Part shown: positions 32,301-43,414 of the stretch, piece after piece
Position numbering within the stretch: position 1 is the stretch's first letter
Layout: each line of letters begins with the position of its first letter
Origin: a virus
Lineage: Duplodnaviria; Caudoviricetes
Direction: 5' to 3' (one strand)
Length of the DNA: 53,280 nucleotides
IMG/VR virus record: IMGVR_UViG_3300021961_000137
Coordinates: 1 to 53,280 of that record
Notes under the pieces: model-generated
Told to the model about the DNA's origin: nothing
What the model saw: the letters and a program-made list of their open reading frames with translations, nothing else
Database searches by the model: none
Made by a program: the position numbers and the translations under genes

Positions 32301-35300
32301 GAATTACATTATCAATAGAAATAAGAACTCTTGAATTTTGATTTTTTGAAGTAAATTTGTGTATAGATCCTATTCCAACTGAAGTAATGTCTAATTCTAT
32401 TGGGAAAGTTTTTAGTGCGTTCTCTGCACTTGATGCTAATTTTAATTCAAGTTCGTTAACTTTAATAGCATATACTGAAGATGGAAGTTTATTAGTTACT
32501 CCAATACCCGAGAAAGAAGTTGATGCTATTCCAATGGGTCCAGAAGTTAAACTATAACTATAAGAAAGTTCTTCTCCTGTCACAAAAAAGTGATTTGGAA
32601 TTCTGATAGTATTTTTGTTAATATCTACGATATTTGGATTATTTCCTTCAAAATTTCTTTCAAAAATTGGTAATTTTTTATTTTTTAAATCAAATGTTCT
32701 CTTAATTTCAGAGAAAGCTGAATAATAACTTGATAATTTTGAACTTATTGATGAACTATTCAAATCAACGGGATTTGTTGGATAAACATCAGTCAAACCA
32801 AGTATGTTCTCAAATACTCTAACTTCAATGTTGGTATTTTCAATTGGAGTAAAGTAAAGTTGAACATTATTACCAGAAATATTGGCACTTATGCTTCCTA
32901 AATCATCTCCAGTAGAAATCTTACCAAATTCTGTGATGTAAACATTACCGGAGTCATTAATAACAATCACTTCAGAAAGTTGTGATCTATTGTTTGTAGT
33001 ATCATTTACAGAAACAATATAATATGCAGAATTAAAGATAAACTTTTCATATTCACATATCACATTTTGAGATGGTGATGAAGTTGATGCAATAGAAGTA
33101 TATGAAGACTTTAATCTATTTGTTGATATGCTACTTATTCCTGTGGTTGTTGTTGAAGTATTTCCAATAGAAATACTTAATGTATTAATGACATAAGAAA
33201 CACCTACACCAACATGTGGAGTGAAGTTTAGATTTAAATTAGAACCAGAAAAACTAGTTTCGTAGTTACCTAATCCTTGTGTTGACGTAGAATCTAAATT
33301 TCCATTTGTCAATTGACCATATTCTAAAATAGAAACATTAGTTCCATCATGTACAATTGATACTTCATCGAACTCGCAGTAGCTTTCGTCTAAAGCAGAT
33401 ATTGTAACTAAAATTTTGGAGGAGGTATAGTTTGAAGATATTCCAACAATTGTAGTTTCTCCACTTGTTCCTGAAGGAATTATGACACTAGATGACTTAA
33501 TATCTACAACATTTCCTAGTGTAAAAGTGCTAACTCCGGCAATAGAATCTTCTAAATCATATGAGATATAACTTATATCATAATCATTTATTTGATAATT
33601 TATAGGATAGAACAACAAATTACCTTCATCTCCAAAGTAAGATACATCAAAGGTTCCTAAGTTTTGAACCGTTTCTAGAGATGCATACTGTGAAATAAAG
33701 GAATAATCTGGAGAATTTAAAATACTTACAATAGAAGATTGCCTTTCGGCAGTGTACCTCATGTCTCTAATATAAATTATATATTTTTTAACCTTATTTG
33801 GAGATAGTCTAAATGTATCAATTGTTCCATAGTTTGATGATCTTGGATTGCTGTTAAATTGTGGACTAATATCATCAATTACTAATACTCTATTCCCAAC
33901 AGATTCTAAGTAATCTTGAACAATTGCAGAATTAAGTACAATTTCTTTCGAGATAGTATTAGAGTCTATATTTAATGTTTTTTCTGATGCAAGATCAAAA
34001 TCTGATACGCAATTAAGTCCATTAACGCTAATGAGATCAGTTATTCCGATAAAATCTCCCAGATTTTGATCTGTGGAAATTCCTGATGAAGTTTCGTCTA
34101 CAGACTCTACTAGTAAATCTGCAAACTTTTTAAATCCTATAGTATGATTTTGATTACTGACTACATCATTCCACTTATCGTATTGAACTTTAGATTTTAT
34201 TGAGTATGAAAAATATTGATAGTAATCACTATCATGTATTCTTTGATTACTATTGTTAAAGAATCCAGTTTCTCGCTTCCAACCTTTTTTAACGATTGAA
34301 TTTGCTCCAGTATCATACGTTGCATTATTTTCTTCTACAAAAGAAATAATTGCCTGAGAACCTGAAGAAGAACCAATTACTCTCTCTCCTTGTTTAAATG
34401 GTCTATCACTAAAAACTTTTAAAATTTGATTTAAATCATCCCACCCATCAACAATTCCATTTGCACTCTTACTTAAAAGAGTTTCATTTTTGAAAAATTT
34501 ATTTTTTTTCAAAGTTACATTAAAAATTGGAGTATACTTTTCTAGTACTACTTTTCCAGAAGAATAAGTTTGATTAAAAATTCCAGGATCTTCATTTGAA
34601 CGAAGGTAATTTGTTAAATTATATGTTATAGTTCCACCAGATCCTCCAATATTTGGATCTATTGAAGTTAAAGTAAAATATTCATAGTTATATGATGATG
34701 AGTTGTATCCTCTCAAAGTGGTTCCTATACCAACACTAGTACCTTCAATAAAAACTTTATCTCCTACTTGGAAAGGATAATCTGACGCATCACTATAAGT
34801 AGTTGCTAAAGAAACCACAACATTCTTAGTTTCTTTGTTGAACGATATTGAATTAATACTAATACCATTCGAATTGTTAACTGGAACAATCCTTGGTACA
34901 CGATCATCAATTGATTTTGTATTTTTTAATATCTTTACTTCTTTGTCTGTTAATTTAAAACTAAGATTTACATCATCTATTATTGTATTAGTTAAAAAGT
35001 CTAAAACAACTAAGTCGGGTGGTGTAGTATAATTCTTACCAATTGATGTTATCCCAATTCTATCAAAAGTTAACAGATTATTTACTTTAATTATTTGCGC
35101 AAGTTTTGCTGTTGGTCTTAATGTTTTGTCTGCAGAATACTCAAATCCAATATCTTCTATTTCTGTGGAAAGAACATTTCCAATACTTTTTGATGATGGA
35201 GTTAGAGCAGCATAATCTCCTGTAGATGTAGCTATAGAAACTACAGTTGGAATACGTTTGTAAAAACTTCCAGGAGAGACTGTTTTAAATTTATCAATTT

Positions 35301-38300
35301 CACCAGAAGCAAATCTAGAAGTTGTAGTATACTCTAATTTACTTTCTGAAGGTAAATATGATGATTTTTCTGGAATTGTTCTAATATTGTAAGAAAAACT
35401 ATTTTCAGTTACTTTGGAAATTTTGTGATTACCAGAATATGCACTGTTGGAAATAATAATCGCATTATTATTAACAATATTTTCAGTATCTTTTATTATT
35501 GATAATTTATTTTGATCATTCTCATCCAAATTTATTGGAGTTAAACTATAGTATAATACTTTAGGTAAATTATCGGTTATATCTATAGTAATTTTTGCAT
35601 TTGTAGTAACTCCAACTATCCCCTCTCTAGAAATTTCAAACGCTTTATTTCTAGTGGAAGTTTCAAAAATATTTTTAAAATTTTCATCAGTATATAAATT
35701 AAATTTAAATGCGGGATATCTTTGGGAATTTTTTACATAAGATAAAGATTGGTCAGTCAGATCAAATATAATAGGTTGATTTCTTAATGCAATAATGTGT
35801 GGATTAATTGGCGAAATTGTACCAAAACTAGAAGATGTTATGTTAACAACCACAGGTCTCTTTATACTTGCATTATAAAAAGTTTCCGAAAGTTTAAATT
35901 TATTTTCATCAACAACGACAATATAATATATTTTTTGATTTTTTAATCCATCACAAGGTGATGTTGAAGTATGAATAATTTTTTGTGCGTTTCTATAACC
36001 ATGAGATAAAATTGTAATTGTATCATTTAGTAAATCAACATCCGATGAAGAAAAATCTTTTGGATTTATTACTAATCTCTTATTTGGATTATTATACTTT
36101 ACGATGTATGTCGTCGATAATCCAGGATTACAAGTTACATTAATTTCATCAAAAACTTGTAGTCCATGGGAAGATGCTGTAGATACTGTTACAAGATTTT
36201 TGGTAGCTTTACCACTAATAACATTTTCATAGTTTGTTTTAAAACTATGAATTACACCATTACCAAAATCAGTAAAATATAACGTATCCGTGAAAATACT
36301 GCTATTAATGCCTACAAAATTCCCAGTAGATCCTACTCCAACTCTATTTGTCGCAATACCTATTAAATTATCAGTAATTCTAGCAACAAACAATGTTTGA
36401 TTATCTGATAATTGATATGAATATGTTCCATTTGTAGATATTGATATTGGAGATCCACCATTACTTGAATAGATTAAACTATCTCCAGTATTTAAATTAT
36501 GATTTGGTAAATATATTGATTTGGTTGGAATAAACAAAGAACTTATTCCTATTCCAGGATTTGAAAATGTTAGAGTGTACCCAATACCTACACCAGATAC
36601 TGTACCTAATCCAATGGATTCTTTTGGATCAAAATAAATTTCTTTATTGTATTTGTATTGATATAATACTGTAGATATTCCTGCCTTAAATGCAAATTTT
36701 CTTGATCTTTCATACAAAGAGGTTGATAATGTATGAGATGTTCCAACAGTGCCGTCATATTCTCTGTATACTCTTATTCTACTTAATTTTGGATCTATAT
36801 TTAAAACTTTTATTTTTTCTGTTCCTATACCAAGAATATCATTTTCTCTTATATTTGGATAATATAATGTACCGTATACATTAAAGTAAGTAACAATACC
36901 TGTAGATGATGCAGGCAATACATCTGAACCTAATACAAAAACTTCAGATCTAACTCCAATTGCACGAGATCCTTCTAATAATGTTCCAAAAGTGGATATT
37001 CCTGATATATTTGCGAAATCAAAATTAGAAAGTGTGTGTGGACTTGTGGAAAATCCAACAAAAACTCCAGGGTCCGCATTGATTAAAGGTACAAATTCTA
37101 CGTTAGTTATTGATGTGGTGCTAACTGATATTTGTCCAATTGGTTTCCCTTTAACACTAGAAACTTCAAATGATGCACCTTGTCCCTCAGTATCTGTGTT
37201 ATTGAAAACAAGTCTATTAGTTACTTTATAATTTGATCCTGCAGAGTTTATTCCAATAAAATCGACAGATCCTTTATTGACTTTAGTAACTACTGAAGTT
37301 TGTTTTTTTATTTTATTTGGGTTAATAATAAAATCATATTTACTAAATTCATTATTTAAATTGTAAGGTTTTGTATTTCTTAAAAACTTTGTTTTATTTA
37401 AATCAATATTGTCTTGATTGGATAAAAGACTAAAATTATAATCTATTGGTTTTGATTTATATTCATTTCCAATAAAATATGGAAAGACGGGTCTTCTATA
37501 ATTTCTAAATGGTCCAGAAGTTTCTACATCAATTGTATTGATAGTAGAAAAATATGCATATGTTCCATTTGGATACTCTGGAGTTACGCAAAATCTTCCG
37601 TTAAACTTATCCAAGTCACCTGATTGATTATACTTGTAATCTTCTACAAAAAATCCTTCAGGATATAACGTAGTTGATGGTCTTCCTGGAACTAAAGAAA
37701 TTTTGTAACCAGATTCTAAAAGTTTTATTGAACCTCCATCTAAATTCGAATACCCATATGGTCCATAAATCGGGTTTCCATCATATGCCCATCCTATTAT
37801 TGGAGAATGTAACTTTGATAAAACTTCTTTTCCATTTTCAAGTTGAAGATCTGGAGAAAATGTTAAATTTCCTCCAATGAGAGATTTCGAAGATACTGTT
37901 CTACGTAAATATCTTGGTGGATATGAATGAGTATATTGAAGACCATAATCAGAATCTAATCCGGCAACAATCGATCCATCATCATTATAAATTTCTTCAC
38001 TTATGATAGATCTTTCTACTAAATTAACTGTCCATACTTTAGGTACTGCTTCAAATTTTGCACCAGATCCAGAAGGAATTACATTAAGAGTTGTTGTTGA
38101 AGTTGTAAATCCTCGACCATTATAAAGAACTTTGACTTCTGAAATAGATCCATTCTTTACGACTGGTGATAATTTTGCACCAACTCCAGTTCCAACTATT
38201 TGCAGTGAAGGAGTTGAATTATACCCAGAACCTGGATTAATTACCAAAATTTCAGTTATTTTTCCTGCAGAAACAATCGGAGATAGTTCAGCACCACTGC

Positions 38301-41300
38301 CAGAATTCAGTGTAAATGATGGTTGTCTATTAAAATTTATTATATCATCTGTACCATAATTAGAACCACCAGATTCTAAGAAAACTGATTTAATTTCTCC
38401 ACGAAATATTGGATCTAATACCGCATCAAAATTTTGGTTTGTGCGAGTAGATACTCCAATTACACCAGACACTTTTACTGATATTGGTTCGTAATTAAAG
38501 TAGTGAATACCAGATCCAGTAGAATTAAATCCTACAAATTGTTTTGTAGAAAAATAAAAATCTTTGTTTGTAGAAATTCCAACAATAGCAGAACCAATAC
38601 CTATCGTTGAAGCAGATCCAACAACAGATAATTTAAAAGAATTATTATCAACCGCAGTTACATAATAAGAATTTCCAGATACTAATCCACCAATTTCATT
38701 TCCAGTCGCAGTGTAAACAATTATTTCTCCGGTTTTATAATTATGTTCTTGCGCAAAAATAGTATTCGTATTTGTATTAATACCAGTCGGAGATACTGAA
38801 ATTTTTCTATTTTTATATCCTGACCCAGGATCAACAACTTTAATTGAAGTAATTTTTTTCTTAACATCTGTCGATACAAATCTTTGAATTCCATTTCCAA
38901 AAGATGTCAAGTCTATCGTATTAATACCAACCAAAGCATCTTGATAAGTATTATGAACTTTAACAGTAAAAGAATCTTGAACAGACACATGATAAACAGC
39001 ATCTGTAGTTATTCCTCCAATTGCAGTCTGTTTCTCAGTTTTATAAATTATTTTTTCAGCGTCTCTAAATTTATGTTGGGTAGAAAAACTTATAGTATTG
39101 TTGGTTAAATTTACTAAACCTGCTCCATCAGAAGAATTAAATGTAACTGAGTGCTCGAATGAAAATAACTCAGGAATTGCTCTTGCTCCAGATCCAGAAC
39201 CTCCTGTTATTGTTATAGTTGGTTGACCAATATAATCAAATCCACCATCAATAACTTCTATATCCTCTAATTTTCCATGAACTTCGCAATAACCTGTCGC
39301 GCCAGTTCCTACAGTATCGTTAATTGAAAGAATTGGTGGATTAATTACATCATAATCTGCTCCAGGAGAAAGAATATTTATTTTTTCTAAAGGACCATAA
39401 AAAATCTTATCTCTGGATTTATAATTTAATATTTCAACACCATTTGCAAGTATTCCAATTGTTCCAAATTTCGTCTCATAATTATCTGTTACATTTTGAG
39501 GAGTTTGAATAGATCTAACTAATTTTTGAGAAGATAAAGTTTTATTTGAAAGACCAACAAATGATATTTTATTGTCAATTACCGTAGCGGAAAATGTAAT
39601 GTAGATATTCTTGTATAAATTTTCTCTACTCCTTGCCAACTTTATTGTGTTTGCATCAACTTTTCTTACAAAATATGTCCCTTGCGTTATTCCTAAAGAA
39701 TTTGTAGAAGAGACTGGTTCGTAAACTACAGAATCTCCTGTATAAAATCCATGTTTACCTATATTTAAATCTTCACCTTCAAAAGTCCCAGAAAAAGTTA
39801 AAGATCTATCCTTAGTGCTTAATTCTTCATTAAAATATGAAGGCAAAGAAGAAGAAGTGACATAATATGATCCCTCTTTGTCATAATAAGTATTTTGAAC
39901 ATTTGTTGAGTAAATACTTGCTTTTGGGAAATTAGAAAATTTAGCTTTTGATAATTGTTTTTGTATTTTTATTTTTTTAGATCTATCAATCTGTCCCTGT
40001 CCACTTATACTAAAAGTTTTTTTGTTAGAAACTGAAGTAACATTAGAATTTACTTTTGTACCATCACTAAAAAATAATACTATAGTGTCTCCTACATATA
40101 ACTCAGTATCATCATATGTTTTTATTTGGTAAGAAAAATTTATATTATCAATTAAATTTACTGTTTCAACATCATAGGATGTTGCTAGGTTAAAAATCCA
40201 AGTATTACCTTCAATACTTTCGTCATTTTTGCCTAAAGATTCTATTTGTATTTTATTTCCTGTACTGTAATATCTTGTATTTTGACCAACTTCAAGATCT
40301 GATAAAACTCCAGTAATTCTAAGTTTTACTACATTACTTGTTCCTAGACCAGAATACGAATATGCATATGTATTGATTCTGATATTTTGACCGGAATTTA
40401 TATCTTGAGTTATTCCAGAACACTCATAAAATTGGGTATAAGATTTAGACTTATACGAAATTACCACAGAACTTCCATTTTCTAGGTCAGCAATAATTTC
40501 TCCGGAGTTGGGAAATCCTACCGTGGAATCTACATCTAAAACGGTTGAACTTATTTTAGCATCTGTAATAACTGTGGTCTGTGGATGTACAGAAAATTCA
40601 TCTAAATCAGATTCTGGTGCGTTTGAATTATAGTCCAAACTAATGACATAATATTCTTTTTCTCCTCTAAAAATTTTCTCGACGTTGTTTATTGCACCAG
40701 AGGACTTTGGTATAGTACCATAATTATCTTGATATAATGTTCTGTTTACAATATCGTTAGGATTTCCTTCAATAACTTCAACTACTAAATCTCTTGTTAA
40801 TCTATATTGAGCATCTGATGGAATAAAAAGATAATCCCTTGGTTTAATAACTTGAACATCTTCTCCATATAAAGCTCTGAAAAGAATTTCAAAAGATTGA
40901 TCTGTACCTTTAGATGAATAAAAATCTTTAGATTGCTTTATGAATAAATTTTCATTTAATTCTGAATAAAGTTCTCTATTTTCAAATCCAGGTACAAACT
41001 GCTTTTTAATTTTTTTGAAAAATTCTTTTAGAAAAAGAATACTTAAATTCGATACTGTAGATCCAGATTGATGTTCATCTATCTCACTAGAAGAAAATAC
41101 TAAATGATCTACTTTACTTGGATCTTGATATGAAGTAACTCCACTAAATCCTCTTACACACCCTAAAAAAGAATTATTTGTTTTTGATGTATATGTTATT
41201 ATTTCTGAATTAATTTTTAGTAAACCGTAAGAATCTGAAAATCCCTCTGTTGATGTTACAAATATAGTATCATCCGAAAATCCAACAAAGGAAGTTGTTG

Positions 41301-41502
41301 TTGTAGAATCTATTAAATTTGTAACTTCATCCAATTTAACATACTTATCGATATTTTGGAGAATATCTAATGTTGCACCTTTATGCTCTAAAGATTCGTA
41401 ATATTGGGACAAAAATTTTGCAACTAAAGGAAAATCTTCCTTTACAAAAGTTGGAAGTTGATTTTCTACAATTGAACTAATTTTGATTCTTGCGTTTACC
41501 AT
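29395..41502 (-). CDS. gp7: Giant baseplate wedge initiator (gp7-like), 4035 aa
   Basis: Follows gp6; QLPTFVKEDFP, FYSSKGT...FRALYG and IHDSDYYQYFSYSIKS...HTIGFKKFADL motifs; many GxGY repeats. Confidence 0.8.
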   Translation of the reverse strand: MVNARIKISSIVENQLPTFVKEDFPLVAKFLSQYYESLEHKGATLDILQNIDKYVKLDEVTNLIDSTTTTSFVGFSDDTIFVTSTEGFSDSYGLLKINSEIITYTSKTNNSFLGCVRGFSGVTSYQDPSKVDHLVFSSSEIDEHQSGSTVSNLSILFLKEFFKKIKKQFVPGFENRELYSELNENLFIKQSKDFYSSKGTDQSFEILFRALYGEDVQVIKPRDYLFIPSDAQYRLTRDLVVEVIEGNPNDIVNRTLYQDNYGTIPKSSGAINNVEKIFRGEKEYYVISLDYNSNAPESDLDEFSVHPQTTVITDAKISSTVLDVDSTVGFPNSGEIIADLENGSSVVISYKSKSYTQFYECSGITQDINSGQNIRINTYAYSYSGLGTSNVVKLRITGVLSDLEVGQNTRYYSTGNKIQIESLGKNDESIEGNTWIFNLATSYDVETVNLIDNINFSYQIKTYDDTELYVGDTIVLFFSDGTKVNSNVTSVSNKKTFSISGQGQIDRSKKIKIQKQLSKAKFSNFPKASIYSTNVQNTYYDKEGSYYVTSSSLPSYFNEELSTKDRSLTFSGTFEGEDLNIGKHGFYTGDSVVYEPVSSTNSLGITQGTYFVRKVDANTIKLARSRENLYKNIYITFSATVIDNKISFVGLSNKTLSSQKLVRSIQTPQNVTDNYETKFGTIGILANGVEILNYKSRDKIFYGPLEKINILSPGADYDVINPPILSINDTVGTGATGYCEVHGKLEDIEVIDGGFDYIGQPTITITGGSGSGARAIPELFSFEHSVTFNSSDGAGLVNLTNNTISFSTQHKFRDAEKIIYKTEKQTAIGGITTDAVYHVSVQDSFTVKVHNTYQDALVGINTIDLTSFGNGIQRFVSTDVKKKITSIKVVDPGSGYKNRKISVSPTGINTNTNTIFAQEHNYKTGEIIVYTATGNEIGGLVSGNSYYVTAVDNNSFKLSVVGSASTIGIGSAIVGISTNKDFYFSTKQFVGFNSTGSGIHYFNYEPISVKVSGVIGVSTRTNQNFDAVLDPIFRGEIKSVFLESGGSNYGTDDIINFNRQPSFTLNSGSGAELSPIVSAGKITEILVINPGSGYNSTPSLQIVGTGVGAKLSPVVKNGSISEVKVLYNGRGFTTSTTTLNVIPSGSGAKFEAVPKVWTVNLVERSIISEEIYNDDGSIVAGLDSDYGLQYTHSYPPRYLRRTVSSKSLIGGNLTFSPDLQLENGKEVLSKLHSPIIGWAYDGNPIYGPYGYSNLDGGSIKLLESGYKISLVPGRPSTTLYPEGFFVEDYKYNQSGDLDKFNGRFCVTPEYPNGTYAYFSTINTIDVETSGPFRNYRRPVFPYFIGNEYKSKPIDYNFSLLSNQDNIDLNKTKFLRNTKPYNLNNEFSKYDFIINPNKIKKQTSVVTKVNKGSVDFIGINSAGSNYKVTNRLVFNNTDTEGQGASFEVSSVKGKPIGQISVSTTSITNVEFVPLINADPGVFVGFSTSPHTLSNFDFANISGISTFGTLLEGSRAIGVRSEVFVLGSDVLPASSTGIVTYFNVYGTLYYPNIRENDILGIGTEKIKVLNIDPKLSRIRVYREYDGTVGTSHTLSTSLYERSRKFAFKAGISTVLYQYKYNKEIYFDPKESIGLGTVSGVGIGYTLTFSNPGIGISSLFIPTKSIYLPNHNLNTGDSLIYSSNGGSPISISTNGTYSYQLSDNQTLFVARITDNLIGIATNRVGVGSTGNFVGINSSIFTDTLYFTDFGNGVIHSFKTNYENVISGKATKNLVTVSTASSHGLQVFDEINVTCNPGLSTTYIVKYNNPNKRLVINPKDFSSSDVDLLNDTITILSHGYRNAQKIIHTSTSPCDGLKNQKIYYIVVVDENKFKLSETFYNASIKRPVVVNITSSSFGTISPINPHIIALRNQPIIFDLTDQSLSYVKNSQRYPAFKFNLYTDENFKNIFETSTRNKAFEISREGIVGVTTNAKITIDITDNLPKVLYYSLTPINLDENDQNKLSIIKDTENIVNNNAIIISNSAYSGNHKISKVTENSFSYNIRTIPEKSSYLPSESKLEYTTTSRFASGEIDKFKTVSPGSFYKRIPTVVSIATSTGDYAALTPSSKSIGNVLSTEIEDIGFEYSADKTLRPTAKLAQIIKVNNLLTFDRIGITSIGKNYTTPPDLVVLDFLTNTIIDDVNLSFKLTDKEVKILKNTKSIDDRVPRIVPVNNSNGISINSISFNKETKNVVVSLATTYSDASDYPFQVGDKVFIEGTSVGIGTTLRGYNSSSYNYEYFTLTSIDPNIGGSGGTITYNLTNYLRSNEDPGIFNQTYSSGKVVLEKYTPIFNVTLKKNKFFKNETLLSKSANGIVDGWDDLNQILKVFSDRPFKQGERVIGSSSGSQAIISFVEENNATYDTGANSIVKKGWKRETGFFNNSNQRIHDSDYYQYFSYSIKSKVQYDKWNDVVSNQNHTIGFKKFADLLVESVDETSSGISTDQNLGDFIGITDLISVNGLNCVSDFDLASEKTLNIDSNTISKEIVLNSAIVQDYLESVGNRVLVIDDISPQFNSNPRSSNYGTIDTFRLSPNKVKKYIIYIRDMRYTAERQSSIVSILNSPDYSFISQYASLETVQNLGTFDVSYFGDEGNLLFYPINYQINDYDISYISYDLEDSIAGVSTFTLGNVVDIKSSSVIIPSGTSGETTIVGISSNYTSSKILVTISALDESYCEFDEVSIVHDGTNVSILEYGQLTNGNLDSTSTQGLGNYETSFSGSNLNLNFTPHVGVGVSYVINTLSISIGNTSTTTTGISSISTNRLKSSYTSIASTSSPSQNVICEYEKFIFNSAYYIVSVNDTTNNRSQLSEVIVINDSGNVYITEFGKISTGDDLGSISANISGNNVQLYFTPIENTNIEVRVFENILGLTDVYPTNPVDLNSSSISSKLSSYYSAFSEIKRTFDLKNKKLPIFERNFEGNNPNIVDINKNTIRIPNHFFVTGEELSYSYSLTSGPIGIASTSFSGIGVTNKLPSSVYAIKVNELELKLASSAENALKTFPIELDITSVGIGSIHKFTSKNQNSRVLISIDNVIQSPIVSTAITSSSNSEVLITQDTINLSGITSIFGGDLLKIDNEIVRVKTVGFGSTSVLLVDRGWMGTGIASHAQHSVITKVFGDYNIVNNSINFVSPPYGPVPIGTTSSRPDEKDWIGITTNSSFSGRVFVRSGVKNSSSEPYSKNYIFDDISESFSGIKTEFRLKSNKNDVFGFSEGNSIVLINQVLQGPRRNTFPVSVTGNYLLKENVGITTIQFIGNSITTPNDHNTSNVPVGGSIVSVASSKGFGYQPLVSAAGTAIVSISGTIQSISIGNSGSGYRSGIQKIVNVGILTSNNNISNIEFIGIASVSGGNVVSVAITNPGTGYTFTNPPLVFFDAPLSYSNIPLVYSNSSPLGVGVGTQATIDIVVGQGSSVIDFEIKNIGYGYGQGEILTVSIGGTVGIPTNSSLQFEEFKIIIEKTQSDRFSSWVIGDLQVLDEIQSLFDGNRVSFPITANGQQKSIKARAGSLIDVEATLLVFLNDILQVPGQGYVFKGGSNLTFTEAPKEGDTCKILFYKGTGDVDVLDVDILESVKIGDYFDLHDDKIELREDERIITNILSTDTLNTNNYSGPGITLNENLKRPINWCKQTEDVIIDGKSVTKDRTINEPLIYPSSNIIKSVGVGSTVIYVESVKTFFDNQTENTSNLYVSNIEILSQDSVVSASATAILAPSGGIASILVTDGGVGYTTSPTVSISNPVGFGTATVVTASATVSAGGTISSIAVISSGIGYSVSPSVLIEPPTFKKEPFVNATYTGDFGYIVGSGKTNVGVGSTGITLDLFIPADSYLRQPSIVGSAITVPSIQIGDYFVVKNSNIGFGITTLYSDNSIIGVGTECIDNIFEVSSSSVIRRIITGIGLTYVTRITTNVSNLNGYDYNQHFMDENITGTFDSEATTFDTTDFTFDSVTTFSPVSTPINYGTYSWGKIIGSRIQNSTSFNSYTLGGVSGLSTSAIVIRKNPLRYKNYAS

Positions 41503-41506
41503 TTTT

Positions 41507-43414
41507 TTATTTTCTTATTAGACTTCCATTTGTGTAACTTGTTGTTGGTTCATATAGTGAACCAGAAATATCTGATCCAGTAGAAATTTCATCCACCTTC
41601 ATATTTAATATACTCTTAGTAATATCTAGTTGCAAATAAAGATCCTGTTTTCCAATTACATCATTTGATAATGGTATAGCGGAAATTTCTATTATAGGAC
41701 TATTGTTTATTTTTTTGGATGTCGATTTTATGTTAATTGGATTTAAAAGTATTTCGCCTTTTATATAATCTATAGTTCCTACAGATTTTCTTCTTACCTG
41801 AGGTTCTGTCGTATTTTGTGTAGTAAACAAGAAGAGTGATCCCGTTCTTCTATCTGTATTTGGCAAATCTCCTAAGTATACTGTTTCATTAATACCATCA
41901 ACAACAAAACCAGAAGACTTTATATTATATCCAGTATTATTTTTCACATGAAAACTGTTTCCATAACAAATTTCATATTCTGCAACTTGATTTAATAATG
42001 CATTTAAATCTCTTCTTATTCTAACGGTTGTTATATTAGAAGTAACAGACTCATGACTATCATCAATTACTTTTTGAAACTTACTATATTTAAATTTAGC
42101 GCCAAATTTATTCACTTCTGCTGAATTTGCATAAGAATTAAGATTATTAAAAATAATAGATCTAACAAATTCTGAATCTGGTGCAAGATTTGAATTATAA
42201 TATGCGGTTATATCAACCTCCACAAAGACATACTTTAGATCAATAAAATCTACTATTATACCAGCAACACTATAGTCTCTTAACTTACTTTTTAAATTAT
42301 CTTTAATTGTCTTCGGAACAAATCTACCGTTGACAGGTTTTATACTAATGAAGACTTTTCCATATTCTGGTGGATTTAGAGATTCGCCACCAAATACGGA
42401 GATTGATTGTGCTTCAGGATAAATTCTAGGAACAATCACTTCATAATCTGCCGCAGTAACGGCTCTGTTCTGGGTAGAGTATAATCTAGGTGCATATTTC
42501 TTTATAGAATCGATAGATTCAATTTCTTTTCCGCCATTAGACGCGACATTTGTTGTTATTAAAGATATTCCTGATGTAACAGAAATACCATTATTGTCTA
42601 GTATTCTACCACTAAAAACAAATGAGGACAGACCGTTTCCAGATTCTCCATTTGTTGTGATGTATGATGCTTCAATATAATTTAAATTTGATAATTTTTC
42701 ACCAAATATTCCGTCACCAAAAATTAATTCATATCTTTGATCTTCTATTTCTTGTATGAAGAAAACTCTTGACCTATTTGTAATTGAAAATAAATTATCT
42801 GATAGAACAAATTTTCTTGAAGTTGTACTTGACTGAGTGTCTCTTACACTAACTTTAATGGTAGAAGTGTCTATGTGTGGATTATTGAGAATAAACTTCT
42901 GAGAAGAATTTAATGATTCTACTGAAAAATTATCAACCAAATATGTTCCCTCATAAATTAGTATGTCTTCAAAAGAGGCGACTCCATTAATAACAGGAAC
43001 AGTAATATCACTTGGAATGGCAAAAGTATAACTTTGATCTGCAAAAGATTGTGTTGTTGCAACAATACCTCTTTTGAGGGTCAATGTAAGTGGATTTGTA
43101 AGAAAACCTGTAGTATCAACGAAAAAAGAAATATTCGCACGAGATGCAGTTCTTGACTTTGGAACATATCCAATGTTTCTTGCTAAAGAAACTACATTTT
43201 CTCTTAACGTCGCACTATCAATGAATACCTCATTGCTAATCATATTAGCATTATATGAGGAAATATACGTATTATATGCGAGAGTATCTATTAATACTGA
43301 TAGATTAGATCCTTCAAAATCATAATCAGTAAAATTTGAGTTCGATCTAAGATAATCTTTGATCGAAGTTTTTATTTGATCGAAATCTAGATTTGTAAAG
43401 TTAACTAATGGCAT
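41507..43414 (-). CDS. gp6: Baseplate wedge subunit
   Basis: LDFDQIK...FTDYDFEGS, QNRAVTAADY and PPEYGKVFISIKP motifs. Confidence 0.95.
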   Translation of the reverse strand: MPLVNFTNLDFDQIKTSIKDYLRSNSNFTDYDFEGSNLSVLIDTLAYNTYISSYNANMISNEVFIDSATLRENVVSLARNIGYVPKSRTASRANISFFVDTTGFLTNPLTLTLKRGIVATTQSFADQSYTFAIPSDITVPVINGVASFEDILIYEGTYLVDNFSVESLNSSQKFILNNPHIDTSTIKVSVRDTQSSTTSRKFVLSDNLFSITNRSRVFFIQEIEDQRYELIFGDGIFGEKLSNLNYIEASYITTNGESGNGLSSFVFSGRILDNNGISVTSGISLITTNVASNGGKEIESIDSIKKYAPRLYSTQNRAVTAADYEVIVPRIYPEAQSISVFGGESLNPPEYGKVFISIKPVNGRFVPKTIKDNLKSKLRDYSVAGIIVDFIDLKYVFVEVDITAYYNSNLAPDSEFVRSIIFNNLNSYANSAEVNKFGAKFKYSKFQKVIDDSHESVTSNITTVRIRRDLNALLNQVAEYEICYGNSFHVKNNTGYNIKSSGFVVDGINETVYLGDLPNTDRRTGSLFLFTTQNTTEPQVRRKSVGTIDYIKGEILLNPINIKSTSKKINNSPIIEISAIPLSNDVIGKQDLYLQLDITKSILNMKVDEISTGSDISGSLYEPTTSYTNGSLIRK

